DNA from: Saprospiraceae bacterium
GTDB taxonomy: Bacteria > Bacteroidota > Bacteroidia > Chitinophagales > Saprospiraceae
DNA length: 64,000 nucleotides
NCBI GenBank assembly: GCA_027080725.1
Contig: JALWRC010000095.1
Coordinates: 7,415-71,414, forward strand
Reading direction: 5' to 3'
Shown: piece after piece, positions 51,619-59,987 of the stretch
How positions within the stretch are numbered: position 1 is the stretch's first letter
Layout: each line of letters begins with the position of its first letter
The notes under the pieces: model-generated
The model's database searches: none
Seen by the model: the letters and a program-made list of their open reading frames with translations, nothing else
What the model was told of the DNA's origin: nothing
Translations under genes and position numbers: made by a program

Positions 51619-52195
51619 CAGCAGAGACCATATCATAAACCGCATTCGAAAAGCCCTAAAGGGAAGAGAACCGGTGCCGCTTCCTTCTTTGGAAGTCAGC
51701 CGGACAGAGCCGTCATTGGAGCGCTTTGAAAATGCATTGGCAAAGGCGGGAGCCCGGTGTCAGAGGCTCGCGGATGCCGGTGCAGCGCTACAATATATGA
51801 AAGGGTTACACCCCGGTGAAAGTCGGTGGATTACCTGCCTGCAGGAGCAGCGGGAGGGATTGGAATTTGCCGAAGGTATGGATATAAAGACGCTCTTCCC
51901 ACTCGAATGGGCGATGATAAAGGGCAGGTTTGGGGTAGAGGAAAATGGGGCGATTTGGATAGAAGGAGGGGATCTGCCCCATCGTATGATTCCATTTATG
52001 TGTGAGACCTTGGCGGTGGTGTTGGATGCTCGCCAGCTCGTCGCCGACATGGGCCAGGCGTATGAACGCATTGGTAGGGTGCAGTACGATTACGGGTGCT
52101 TTATTGCGGGACCATCCAAGACAGCAGATATAGAACAAACCTTGGTGACAGGGGCACAGGGGCCTAAAGCGCTATGGGTATTAATGGTGGGTTAG
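51611..52195 (+). CDS. lutC: Lactate utilization protein C (LUD domain)
   Basis: ORF 51563..52195 trimmed to ATG 51611, which overlaps the lutB stop. The size and position are typical. Confidence 0.75.
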   Translation: MSDSRDHIINRIRKALKGREPVPLPSLEVSRTEPSLERFENALAKAGARCQRLADAGAALQYMKGLHPGESRWITCLQEQREGLEFAEGMDIKTLFPLEWAMIKGRFGVEENGAIWIEGGDLPHRMIPFMCETLAVVLDARQLVADMGQAYERIGRVQYDYGCFIAGPSKTADIEQTLVTGAQGPKALWVLMVG

Positions 52196-52226
52196 TACTG
52201 CAACAAACGAAATACCTCCTTTATTG

Positions 52227-52533
52227 ACACACCCGTTTTTATGTGGCTAAAGCTAATTTTCTCCTTATTCTCAGACCGTTCGCTGAAGCGTACGGCAAAA
52301 GGCAGAAGCAAACAAAATTAGGAGAGGTTATTATGCAGGATAGATTTATTATATGGTCCATTCCGGCGCAATTACCAAGCGGGAACCGGCGCTAACCCGG
52401 TATAGTGGTATTATGTCTTCTATGGTCTAATGCTCCAAGAATGAAATAGAGGGCCTACGAACCGAAGTTATTTTTTGCTGAATCGAGGCCCTCAAACAGG
52501 AGTAAGCATAGCCCACGGTTTTAACAGCGGGAT
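52227..52533. repeat. Short relative of the 24.07-25.01 kb repeat mosaic
   Basis: It shares the left end CACAC(C)CGTTTTTATGTGGCTAAAGC., the CCGTTCGCTGAAGCG.ACGGCAAAA unit, and the right end CATAGCCCACGGTTTTAAC. Confidence 0.75.
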
Positions 52534-52736
52534 GGAGCTTTTTCTACCTAGATTTTGATAATAACCAGTGACGTCTTTATTATGTTTCTATACTTTTTGG
52601 ATTAGGGGGCAGAGTTCGACAAAAAGTTGCGAGATTATACAGTGAGGCAGTCGGCAGCAGTCAATGCCATAGCTCTTTCAATAATGATTTTTCAAAAGGA
52701 TTTGAAAATTGATAACTTTTAAGTTAACTTTGCAGT

Positions 52737-53090
52737 ATGGAAACTGAAAGGCAGATAATTTTTTATGGTCAATATTTTACTCAGTTTTATTTAAAACAAA
52801 CGGAGAAAGTTCAGGAAAAAATTGAATATGTCTTTAAAATAATAAGTACAGTCCAAAATGTGCCGAAAAAGTTTCTTAACCATATTAGCGGAACGGAAGG
52901 TCTCTATGAAATAAGAATTGAATTTCAAAGTAATATCTACAGGGTTTTCTGTTGCTTTGACCATTTGAATTTGGTAGTATTGTTTAATGGATTTCAGAAA
53001 AAATCTAAAAAGACGCCAAAAAATGAAATTAAATTAGCTTTGAGATTAAAATCAGAATATTTTAACTCTAAAAAGAAAAATAGTGAATAA
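52737..53090 (+). CDS. Type II toxin, RelE/ParE superfamily (phage Gp49/HigB-like)
   Basis: GLYEIRIEFQSNIYRVFCCFD...LVVLFNGFQKKSKKTP is typical of the Gp49-like family. G+C is about 30 percent. Confidence 0.8.
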   Translation: METERQIIFYGQYFTQFYLKQTEKVQEKIEYVFKIISTVQNVPKKFLNHISGTEGLYEIRIEFQSNIYRVFCCFDHLNLVVLFNGFQKKSKKTPKNEIKLALRLKSEYFNSKKKNSE

Positions 53091-53388
53091 AGAGAAAATT
53101 ATAAATGCTAAGAACTTTGATGAATTATTGGACATCAAATACGGAAATATTGGAACTGAAGAACGTGATATGTTCGAGGAGAAAGCTCAATATTTTGTAA
53201 TTAGTGAGGTATTGAAAGCAGCTCGTAAAGAAGCAAATATGACCCAAGAACAACTCGCGAGAAAAGTCGGAACAAAGAAAAGTTATATTTCAAGACTTGA
53301 AAATGGAAAATGCGATATTCAACTTTCAACTTTATACAGAATTTTTGAATTTGGACTTGGAAAGAGAGTAAAGTTAGTTTTCGAATAA
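53083..53388 (+). CDS. XRE-family HTH antitoxin (HigA-like)
   Basis: It has the HTH MTQEQLARKVGTKKSYISRLENGK and overlaps the toxin gene by 8 bp. Confidence 0.8.
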   Translation: MNKEKIINAKNFDELLDIKYGNIGTEERDMFEEKAQYFVISEVLKAARKEANMTQEQLARKVGTKKSYISRLENGKCDIQLSTLYRIFEFGLGKRVKLVFE

Positions 53389-53453
53389 TAGGTGATAGGT
53401 TTTCCACCTGTTTCTCTTCTTTTGAATCCCTAATGCTCTGAAAGCCCCCCCCC

Positions 53454-54488
53454 CTACAAATTACTACCCAAACCTACCATCAAGATGGCGATGATAATGA
53501 TGGCCAGTCCTGTGGCGAGAATCCGGACCGTCTGCTTGCTGACCCCCTTCCACTCACGGAAGTAAAGCCCCCAGAGATTGCTGAAGAATATGATGAATGC
53601 CATATGAATAGACCAACTGGCAAAATCGTATTTCTTTCCCAAAAACGTCGTCCCCATGCCGTAGAAAAAAAACTGCAAATACCAGGTGACTCCCCCGATA
53701 ATAGCCCAGAGGTAGTTCTTTTGCAAAGGGGCGCCGCGGTCGGTAAAATCATGCCAGGAATGATTCTTCATGCTCAACACCATCGTCCATATAAAATTAG
53801 TCAATATCCCTCCCCAGAGTATCCATACCAGCACGGCATTATTCTGAAATAACGAACGGGTGCCTTGGGATAAAGAGGCTTCGGCGATGGGCTTACCGGC
53901 TTCCAACCCAAAGGCAAAACTGGCGCTGAGGATGCCGGAGATGGCGGCGACAAGGAGTCCTTTCCAGAGGTTGAATTCCTTGATGGATTCTTGCTTTGTC
54001 TGGTCCGGAACTTCTTTTTCTTTGCGCATCCCAGCGAGGCCGCTGACAGCAATACCCACGAGGGCCAGGAGAATTCCTGCAAACACGACTTTTCCACTTT
54101 GTGTGGTCAATAGTTGGCCAAACTCGCCCTTGTAAATCGGGGGCAATAGCGTGCCAAAGGCCGTCGTAAACCCCAGTGCAACGGTCATCCCCAGGGATAT
54201 CCCCAGATATCGCATGGTGAGTCCGAAGGTCAACGCGCCGATGCCCCAAAGTACACCGAAGAGGAAGGTCCAAAACAGAGTCGATTGCTCTGCACCGAAT
54301 AATACGGCACTTAAATTGGGTGTGGTGGTGTAGGCAAATAGCAGTGGGGCGACGACCCATGCCGCAATACCGAGGACGAGCCAGGAAGTTTCCCATTTCC
54401 ATTTTTTTACCAGATTAATCGGGATATAAAAGCTCCCTGCGGCAAATCCACCGATCGCATGTAAAATGACACCAATAATTGCACTCAT
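53454..54488 (-). CDS. rhaT: L-rhamnose/proton symporter
   Basis: A 344-aa, 10-TM protein starting MSAIIGVILHAIGGFAAGSFYIP, typical of RhaT. Confidence 0.8.
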   Translation of the reverse strand: MSAIIGVILHAIGGFAAGSFYIPINLVKKWKWETSWLVLGIAAWVVAPLLFAYTTTPNLSAVLFGAEQSTLFWTFLFGVLWGIGALTFGLTMRYLGISLGMTVALGFTTAFGTLLPPIYKGEFGQLLTTQSGKVVFAGILLALVGIAVSGLAGMRKEKEVPDQTKQESIKEFNLWKGLLVAAISGILSASFAFGLEAGKPIAEASLSQGTRSLFQNNAVLVWILWGGILTNFIWTMVLSMKNHSWHDFTDRGAPLQKNYLWAIIGGVTWYLQFFFYGMGTTFLGKKYDFASWSIHMAFIIFFSNLWGLYFREWKGVSKQTVRILATGLAIIIIAILMVGLGSNL

Positions 54489-54511
54489 ATCATTTGATTT
54501 TACTTCATAAC

Positions 54512-55474
54512 TTAGGCAGGCTCATAGTCTTTGTCGATACATTCGGCTGCCTTGCGCAACATCTCTTCGTCGAAGGGGGCTGCGTCTGAAGCCCCAATGG
54601 CTTCTGCGAGTTCTTTGCTGTTTTTTGCCCCTGACAAGACGGTAGAGACGCCGGTCTGATCCAATACCCATCGCAAGGCGGCCTGTACCATCGAAAGTTG
54701 TTGTTTATCTTTGAGAAATTCGAAGGCTTTGACTTGATCTACCCGCTCGATGATTTCTTCTCTCGAGTATCGAGCATTGAGGGTCCCCGGGGCAAAAGTG
54801 GTATTGTGATCAAAGACACCGGCCAAAAAGCCGTTGGCCAGACATTCTCTTGCTACTATTCCGATGGGATACTTGGAGAGGGCTTCCAGTAGAGGCAAAC
54901 TCTCCCGGTACATCAAACTCACGACGACCTGGATGACGTCGATTTTACCTGCTTCCGCCCAGTCCCTCGCCATGTGCTCCGTCGCTTTAAACATCGAGAT
55001 GGAATGCCCCATAAAACGCACTTTACCGCTTTTGATGACCTGCTCGACTCCTTCCCATACATCATCGTGAATTTCATCTTCGCTAAATGGTGAGTGAAAG
55101 AACAACACATCCAGGTAGTCCGTCTGTAAGCGCCGGAGACTCTCTTCGACGGAGGCGATAATCCTCGATTTGTAGAATTGGGGAGCACCGTCTTCAATGG
55201 TGAAGTTCCGGCCGAATTTGCTTTGGATGACTACGTTTTGGCGCTTGCCCTTCAGGGCTTTTCCGAGGACGATTTCTGCGACCCCATCTTGCTCTTTGGT
55301 GCCGTATTGCGGGGCGGTGTCAAACAAGGTGACTCCCAGGTCTATGGCTTCATGAATGGTCCGGATGCCCTCTTTTTCGGCGACTCCGCCATAGACATTG
55401 TTGCCGAATGCCCAGGTGCCCAGTCCGATTTCGCTGACTTCTATGCCGGTGCGGCCTAATGTTCTGTATTTCAT
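54512..55474 (-). CDS. Aldo/keto reductase
   Basis: MKYRTLGRTGIEVSEIGLGTWAFG..., LFDTAPQYG, and AKR fold length. Confidence 0.85.
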   Translation of the reverse strand: MKYRTLGRTGIEVSEIGLGTWAFGNNVYGGVAEKEGIRTIHEAIDLGVTLFDTAPQYGTKEQDGVAEIVLGKALKGKRQNVVIQSKFGRNFTIEDGAPQFYKSRIIASVEESLRRLQTDYLDVLFFHSPFSEDEIHDDVWEGVEQVIKSGKVRFMGHSISMFKATEHMARDWAEAGKIDVIQVVVSLMYRESLPLLEALSKYPIGIVARECLANGFLAGVFDHNTTFAPGTLNARYSREEIIERVDQVKAFEFLKDKQQLSMVQAALRWVLDQTGVSTVLSGAKNSKELAEAIGASDAAPFDEEMLRKAAECIDKDYEPA

Positions 55475-55497
55475 GGATCTTGTTGGTTGGATAGTGA

Positions 55498-56208
55498 TTA
55501 GATGGAAGATAAGAGGGATTGAATAGTCCGGTTGGCGGCCGACAAAAACTGCTCCGCCAGGAATTTTCCATAAGTAGCGGTGGCAGTTCTGGGATCTCTT
55601 CCCGCTACGGCATCCCGCTCTAAGGTGATGTCCCCGTCTTGGGGGAGCCTGGAGAGGTCCACCGTCTCCGGTGCATAGTACAACTGCAAGGAGGTCTCTC
55701 CCAATGCGGAGTGATTGGGGGTGAGCTCCTCAATCAAATCAAATTCGGCCACTGTCCAAAACCGGTGCCCGGGATAACGACCGGCAAATGCCTCTGCCTC
55801 TTCCCTCAAAATATCGATATGGGGCTCCCCGGCGTGCCCTGAAATACAAACGATGATTTTGAAATCCGCCTCCATCAATTGTCGGAAATAAGCCTGACAG
55901 GTGGAGCGCACAAGCGATTCGGGGAACTCCAACGAATGCTTTTTGAAATCCACCCCGGGATAGGATTTGATCAAATTGGCGGCGTGGTAAACGGGGGGAA
56001 TGACGATGCCACCGTTGGCCTTGGCCAAATCTACGGCAAGCGCATGTGCTTTGATGCCATCGAGCCCCACCGGGTTGTGGACCCCATGGTATTCCAATGC
56101 TCCCCATGGAAGATAGGCGATGGGGGCGGCGGATTGGATGGCTTCGATTTCCCTGGGCTTCAGTCTCTCGTAAAGTCCCCAGAGCGGAAGGGAAGGATTA
56201 TTCTGCAT
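55498..56208 (-). CDS. Creatininase-family (creatinine amidohydrolase-like) metal hydrolase
   Basis: LPWGALEYHGVHNPVGLD and ISGHAG motifs in a 236-aa protein. Confidence 0.7.
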   Translation of the reverse strand: MQNNPSLPLWGLYERLKPREIEAIQSAAPIAYLPWGALEYHGVHNPVGLDGIKAHALAVDLAKANGGIVIPPVYHAANLIKSYPGVDFKKHSLEFPESLVRSTCQAYFRQLMEADFKIIVCISGHAGEPHIDILREEAEAFAGRYPGHRFWTVAEFDLIEELTPNHSALGETSLQLYYAPETVDLSRLPQDGDITLERDAVAGRDPRTATATYGKFLAEQFLSAANRTIQSLLSSI

Positions 56209-56211
56209 ACC

Positions 56212-57036
56212 TCAGTCCATGTTTTTGTGGTAAATAAGTGGGTTTTGCGCTTCGTTGTCGAGCACATCCCCGACCTTCAGCGAATGGAAGTATTCATCGG
56301 GTAAGACATTTTGTTTGCCGTTGAAGGTGGCTCCATCCGGCATAAAGGCACAGGTCATAGCCCGTCGCATTCCCGTCGTCATGTTGGGGCCTGCTGCATG
56401 GATGTTGAGCCCGTTGTGAAAGGTGCAACTCCCTGCCTTTAACTCTGCGGCAAAGGGCTCCCGGGAATAGTACTTGGGATATTGCTCAAAGATCTCTCCC
56501 ATGTTCATGCCGATCTTTGGCTCATCAAATTGGGTGTCGTGATTGGAGCCGGGCATGAAGAACAGACATCCATTTTGAATCGTGACATCGTCCAGTGCAA
56601 TCCAAATACTCAATGCCTCCCGGTGGCTAAATGACCAGAAAGGTGTGTCGAGATGCCATGAGGTGGGATTGGCCCATGGACGTTTGAACAATGCTTGGTC
56701 ATGCCAAACCCGTATGCCATCGACTTGTGCGAGTTGAGCGGCCATTTTGCCGATGCGCCGGTCCAGAATGAGCGACTTGACTTCTTCGTCGGTCATCCAT
56801 AAGTTGATGATTTGGTCGAATACCTTACCAAAATAATCCGCGTTGGCATTGATGCCGTCATCTTGTCCTGTTTTGATTTCAGAGTGCGGAAACTTTCGCC
56901 CTTCGCGCGCATCCATCGCCCTTTCAATCGCCTGACTCCAATGCCGTACCTCTTCCTGATCGAGAAAATTCTCCACCACTACAAACCCGTTTTGACGGTA
57001 AAAGTCGATTTGTTCCTGGGTTAAATTTGCTTGCAT
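56212..57036 (-). CDS. Phytanoyl-CoA dioxygenase (PhyH) family Fe(II)/2-oxoglutarate dioxygenase
   Basis: N terminus LTQEQIDFYRQNGFVVVENFL, plus WHLD and TFHNGLNIHAAGPN (His-Asp...His triad pattern). Confidence 0.75.
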   Translation of the reverse strand: MQANLTQEQIDFYRQNGFVVVENFLDQEEVRHWSQAIERAMDAREGRKFPHSEIKTGQDDGINANADYFGKVFDQIINLWMTDEEVKSLILDRRIGKMAAQLAQVDGIRVWHDQALFKRPWANPTSWHLDTPFWSFSHREALSIWIALDDVTIQNGCLFFMPGSNHDTQFDEPKIGMNMGEIFEQYPKYYSREPFAAELKAGSCTFHNGLNIHAAGPNMTTGMRRAMTCAFMPDGATFNGKQNVLPDEYFHSLKVGDVLDNEAQNPLIYHKNMD

Positions 57037-57067
57037 ACTATCTTAAATTTTAGTGATAAAACCCCTT

Positions 57068-57083
57068 ATGCAAACGTTTGCAT
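57068..57083. promoter_or_regulatory. LacI-family-type operator, perfect palindrome ATGCAAACGTTTGCAT
   Basis: Read directly. It lies between the -7 box (57094-57101, minus strand) and ATG 57036. Confidence 0.7.
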
Positions 57084-57093
57084 AAAGCAATAG

Positions 57094-57101
57094 CAAAAGT
57101 A
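57094..57101 (-). promoter_or_regulatory. -7 promoter box TActTTTG (minus strand) of the phyH-rhaT operon
   Basis: Matches TAnnTTTG and lies 58 bp upstream of ATG 57036. Confidence 0.5.
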
Positions 57102-57130
57102 GTAAAATTTGTTGAAATATATAATAAAGT

Positions 57131-57148
57131 GTGTATTACAAAGTGCAC
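57131..57148 (-). promoter_or_regulatory. Copy of the 18-nt motif (GTGCACTTTGTAATACAC on the minus strand)
   Basis: Lies 29 bp upstream of the -7 box at 57094-57101. It is the inverted partner of 57590-57609. Confidence 0.5.
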
Positions 57149-57165
57149 TTTATTATAACCTCATA

Positions 57166-57545
57166 TCGCCACGGTGGCACAGGCTCCCCCCATCCCTACC
57201 GCCACAAAGGCACAGGCTCTACTCCTTCATAAACTGTGACGCCTCGGCGTTATATCAATCTGTACATCGTGTATATATTTATGATGAAGGAGAGGGGGGG
57301 CTTATGTTTCTCTAACTGTAGGGAATTTCATTAGGGTAATACTCAGCTAAATATAGAGTGTATCCCTACCGCCACGGCGGCACAGGCTCTCCTTTGGCTA
57401 AGTATTTACTATATTACTTGATGTATTTCAAAGGAGAAGAGCCTGTGCCGCTTTAGCGGTAGGTTAGGGGATGAGGTTGTTTAGACGGGATTCGGGATTT
57501 AGAGGGTGTATTCTCTCTTCCTATACCGCCACGGCGGCACAGGTT
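57166..57545. repeat. REP-like cluster: five copies of (CC)TACCGCCACGGCGGCACAGGCTC
   Basis: Copies at 57166-57187 (+), 57195-57220 (+), 57364-57390 (+), 57438-57470 (-) and 57523-57545 (+). Copies 3 and 4 form a long inverted repeat. Confidence 0.8.
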
Positions 57546-57589
57546 ATGCTAATTGAAACCTATGACACCAAGGCGTACAAGACGTAATA

Positions 57590-57609
57590 GTGCAGTTTGT
57601 AATACACCC
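57590..57609 (+). repeat. Orphan copy of the 18-nt motif (GTGCAGTTTGTAATACACCC)
   Basis: It points into the 3' end of radC with no -7 box downstream. With 57131-57148 it brackets a 479-bp ORF-free segment. Confidence 0.5.
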
Positions 57610-57663
57610 ACCCACGTACTATCACAGGATATACTTAATCCGCATTGGAATACTCCGGCATGT

Positions 57664-58371
57664 TTACATCAATCCTTCGTCCATGAAACTGTAATACTGA
57701 TCATCACAGGCAATGATGTGGTCCAGAACCTTGATGTCCATCGTCTTTCCGGCTTCCTTTATCTTATTGGTAAGATTGATATCGTGCTGGCTGGGGGAAG
57801 GATTGCCGGAAGGATGATTGTGGGATAGAATGATGGAGGATGCACCTGCTTCCAGCGCCAGGCGAAATACCATTCTCACATCCACAACGGTACTGTCTAG
57901 ACCCCCTATACTTATCCTTTTGGCTGAAATTAATCCCAGGCGTCGATTGAGCAATAAAATCCAGAACTCTTCATGCATCAGGTCTTGAATCCTACCCCGG
58001 ATGTAGTTGTACACCAATCCACTGCTATTCAGTATTGGAAATTTTCCGGGATCATTGGGGATTCGCCTGCGTCCAAGTTCGAGTGCCGATTGTATGGTGA
58101 CGGCTTTGGCCTTGCCGATACCGTTAAATTTTTGTAAATCGACGATAGACATCTTCGAAAGGGTGTTGATGTTGTTGTCCACCGCCGACATGATGCTTTT
58201 TGCCAGGTCCAATGCCGACATTTTGGGGGTCCCAGAAGAGATGAGAATCGCTAGCAACTCTGCTACGGTCAGTGCTTTGGGGCCCTGCTGTAAAAGCTTT
58301 TCTCTGGGACGGTCCTCTTCTGCCCAATACTTGATGGAGGTGGGTGGGGTAGTGTAATTTGGAGTGTTCAT
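57664..58371 (-). CDS. radC: RadC-family JAB/MPN-domain protein
   Basis: It has a helix-hairpin-helix region (LQKFNGIGKAKA) and the JAB motif IILSHNHPSGNPSPSQHD. Confidence 0.85.
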   Translation of the reverse strand: MNTPNYTTPPTSIKYWAEEDRPREKLLQQGPKALTVAELLAILISSGTPKMSALDLAKSIMSAVDNNINTLSKMSIVDLQKFNGIGKAKAVTIQSALELGRRRIPNDPGKFPILNSSGLVYNYIRGRIQDLMHEEFWILLLNRRLGLISAKRISIGGLDSTVVDVRMVFRLALEAGASSIILSHNHPSGNPSPSQHDINLTNKIKEAGKTMDIKVLDHIIACDDQYYSFMDEGLM

Positions 58372-58490
58372 ACTTCACAATTATTAATGTGTTCGACAGG
58401 GTAAAGATAGGAAAAGCCCACCATTTCATACCTGATTTGATTAATTTTTTTATGTTTGGGAGTATTTTATCATATCACAAACATGCTCAT

Positions 58491-59978
58491 ATGGAGTCTT
58501 ACGGTTTTTTGTCTGTTCTACCCCCCGTTTTAGCCATTCTCCTGGCCATCCGGACCAAGCAGGTCTATGTTTCTTTGGTCTTCGGCATCGGCTTGGGCTG
58601 GTTGATTCTTTCGCACTGGAACCCGTGGGTGGGTTTTCTCAATACCATCGAAGCTTTTGTGAACGTATTTCAATCTCGGGGCAATACCCGAACCATCATG
58701 TTTAGTGCACTCGTGGGAAGTCTCATCGTGCTGATACAACGCTCGGGCGGTGTGCATGGGTTTATCGATGGGGTGGAGCGCTATCTCGAGCGCCTCGAGG
58801 GACGCGATATTCAGCATAAGCGCAGGTTTGTTCAGATGTTGGCGTGGCTGGTTGGCGTCATTGTCTTTGTAGAGACGAGCATCTCCTCTTTGACCGTGGG
58901 AACCCTTTTTCGCCCGATATTTGACAAATTGCACATCTCGAGGGAAAAGCTGGCTTACATAGCGGATGCGAGTTCGGCTGCCACTTCGATTATGATACCC
59001 TTTAATGCTTGGGGGGCTTTTATCATGGGACTATTGATAACGCAGGGCTTCGACGAGCCGTTTACGGCGATGTTTCGCTCCATGCCGTACAATTTCTACC
59101 CCATATTGACGCTGGCCATGGTACCCATCCTCGTCTGGTGGTCTTTGGACTTTGGCCCGATGAAAAAGGCGGAACTCCGCGCCAATACCACCGGAAAAGT
59201 CATCGCCGACGGAGCGAAACCCATGATAAGTGAGGACCTCCTCCATGTCGAACCCGTAGAGGGTAAGCCTCGACGGATGATGAACATGCTTATCCCTATC
59301 GGTGTCATGGTAGGGATGATGCCCGTGATGCTTTCGATTACCGGATGGCAAGATGCCGTCACTGCCAACCCCGATGCCGGAACCTTTGCGACCATCCTCA
59401 CCGCTATAGGTAAGGGGTCCGGATCGACCTCTGTGCTGGTGTCCGTCATTTTAGCGATATTGGTGTGCATGTTGCTCTACTGGGGGCAGCGTCTGATGGG
59501 GTTTCTGGAGATGGTGGAACTCTCGATTAAGGGCCTCTCCAATATGATGCCGCTGGCTTTGCTCATGCTTCTCGCCTTTGCCATCGGAGCTGTGTGCAAA
59601 TCCCTTGGGACCGGCCAATATGTAGCCGAGGTAGCCAAATCCTGGTTGTCGCCCGCTCTCGTTCCGTCCATCGTTTTTGTCGTAAGTGCGTTTATCGCCT
59701 TTTCTACCGGCACCTCCTGGGGGACCTTTGCGATTATGATTCCCATCGCCGTGCCCATGGCGCAGACCATGGATGTCAATGTCTATATGGCCATCGCAGC
59801 GGCTTTGGGCGGGGGCGTTTATGGCGACCACAGTTCGCCGATATCCGACACCACGATTATATCATCCATGGCTTCCGCGAGCGACCATATCGACCATGTC
59901 AACACCCAAATGCCCTACGCCCTTGTCGCCGGGGGCATATCTGTCGTCCTGTATTTGATATTGGGTTTTATCCGGTAG
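58491..59978 (+). CDS. Na+/H+ antiporter NhaC-family membrane protein
   Basis: ORF 58359..59978 trimmed to MESYGFLSVLPPVLAILLAIRTKQ. It is a polytopic protein with NhaC-like sequence. Confidence 0.75.
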   Translation: MESYGFLSVLPPVLAILLAIRTKQVYVSLVFGIGLGWLILSHWNPWVGFLNTIEAFVNVFQSRGNTRTIMFSALVGSLIVLIQRSGGVHGFIDGVERYLERLEGRDIQHKRRFVQMLAWLVGVIVFVETSISSLTVGTLFRPIFDKLHISREKLAYIADASSAATSIMIPFNAWGAFIMGLLITQGFDEPFTAMFRSMPYNFYPILTLAMVPILVWWSLDFGPMKKAELRANTTGKVIADGAKPMISEDLLHVEPVEGKPRRMMNMLIPIGVMVGMMPVMLSITGWQDAVTANPDAGTFATILTAIGKGSGSTSVLVSVILAILVCMLLYWGQRLMGFLEMVELSIKGLSNMMPLALLMLLAFAIGAVCKSLGTGQYVAEVAKSWLSPALVPSIVFVVSAFIAFSTGTSWGTFAIMIPIAVPMAQTMDVNVYMAIAAALGGGVYGDHSSPISDTTIISSMASASDHIDHVNTQMPYALVAGGISVVLYLILGFIR

Positions 59979-59987
59979 AGGATGTGC

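Noticed and set aside
52725-52732. A TAacTTTG -7-like box lies directly upstream of the toxin gene.
   Set aside because: It ends only 4 nt before the ATG at 52737, too close for a normal start site unless the mRNA is leaderless from an internal position. I kept only the adjacent palindrome, as a possible operator.
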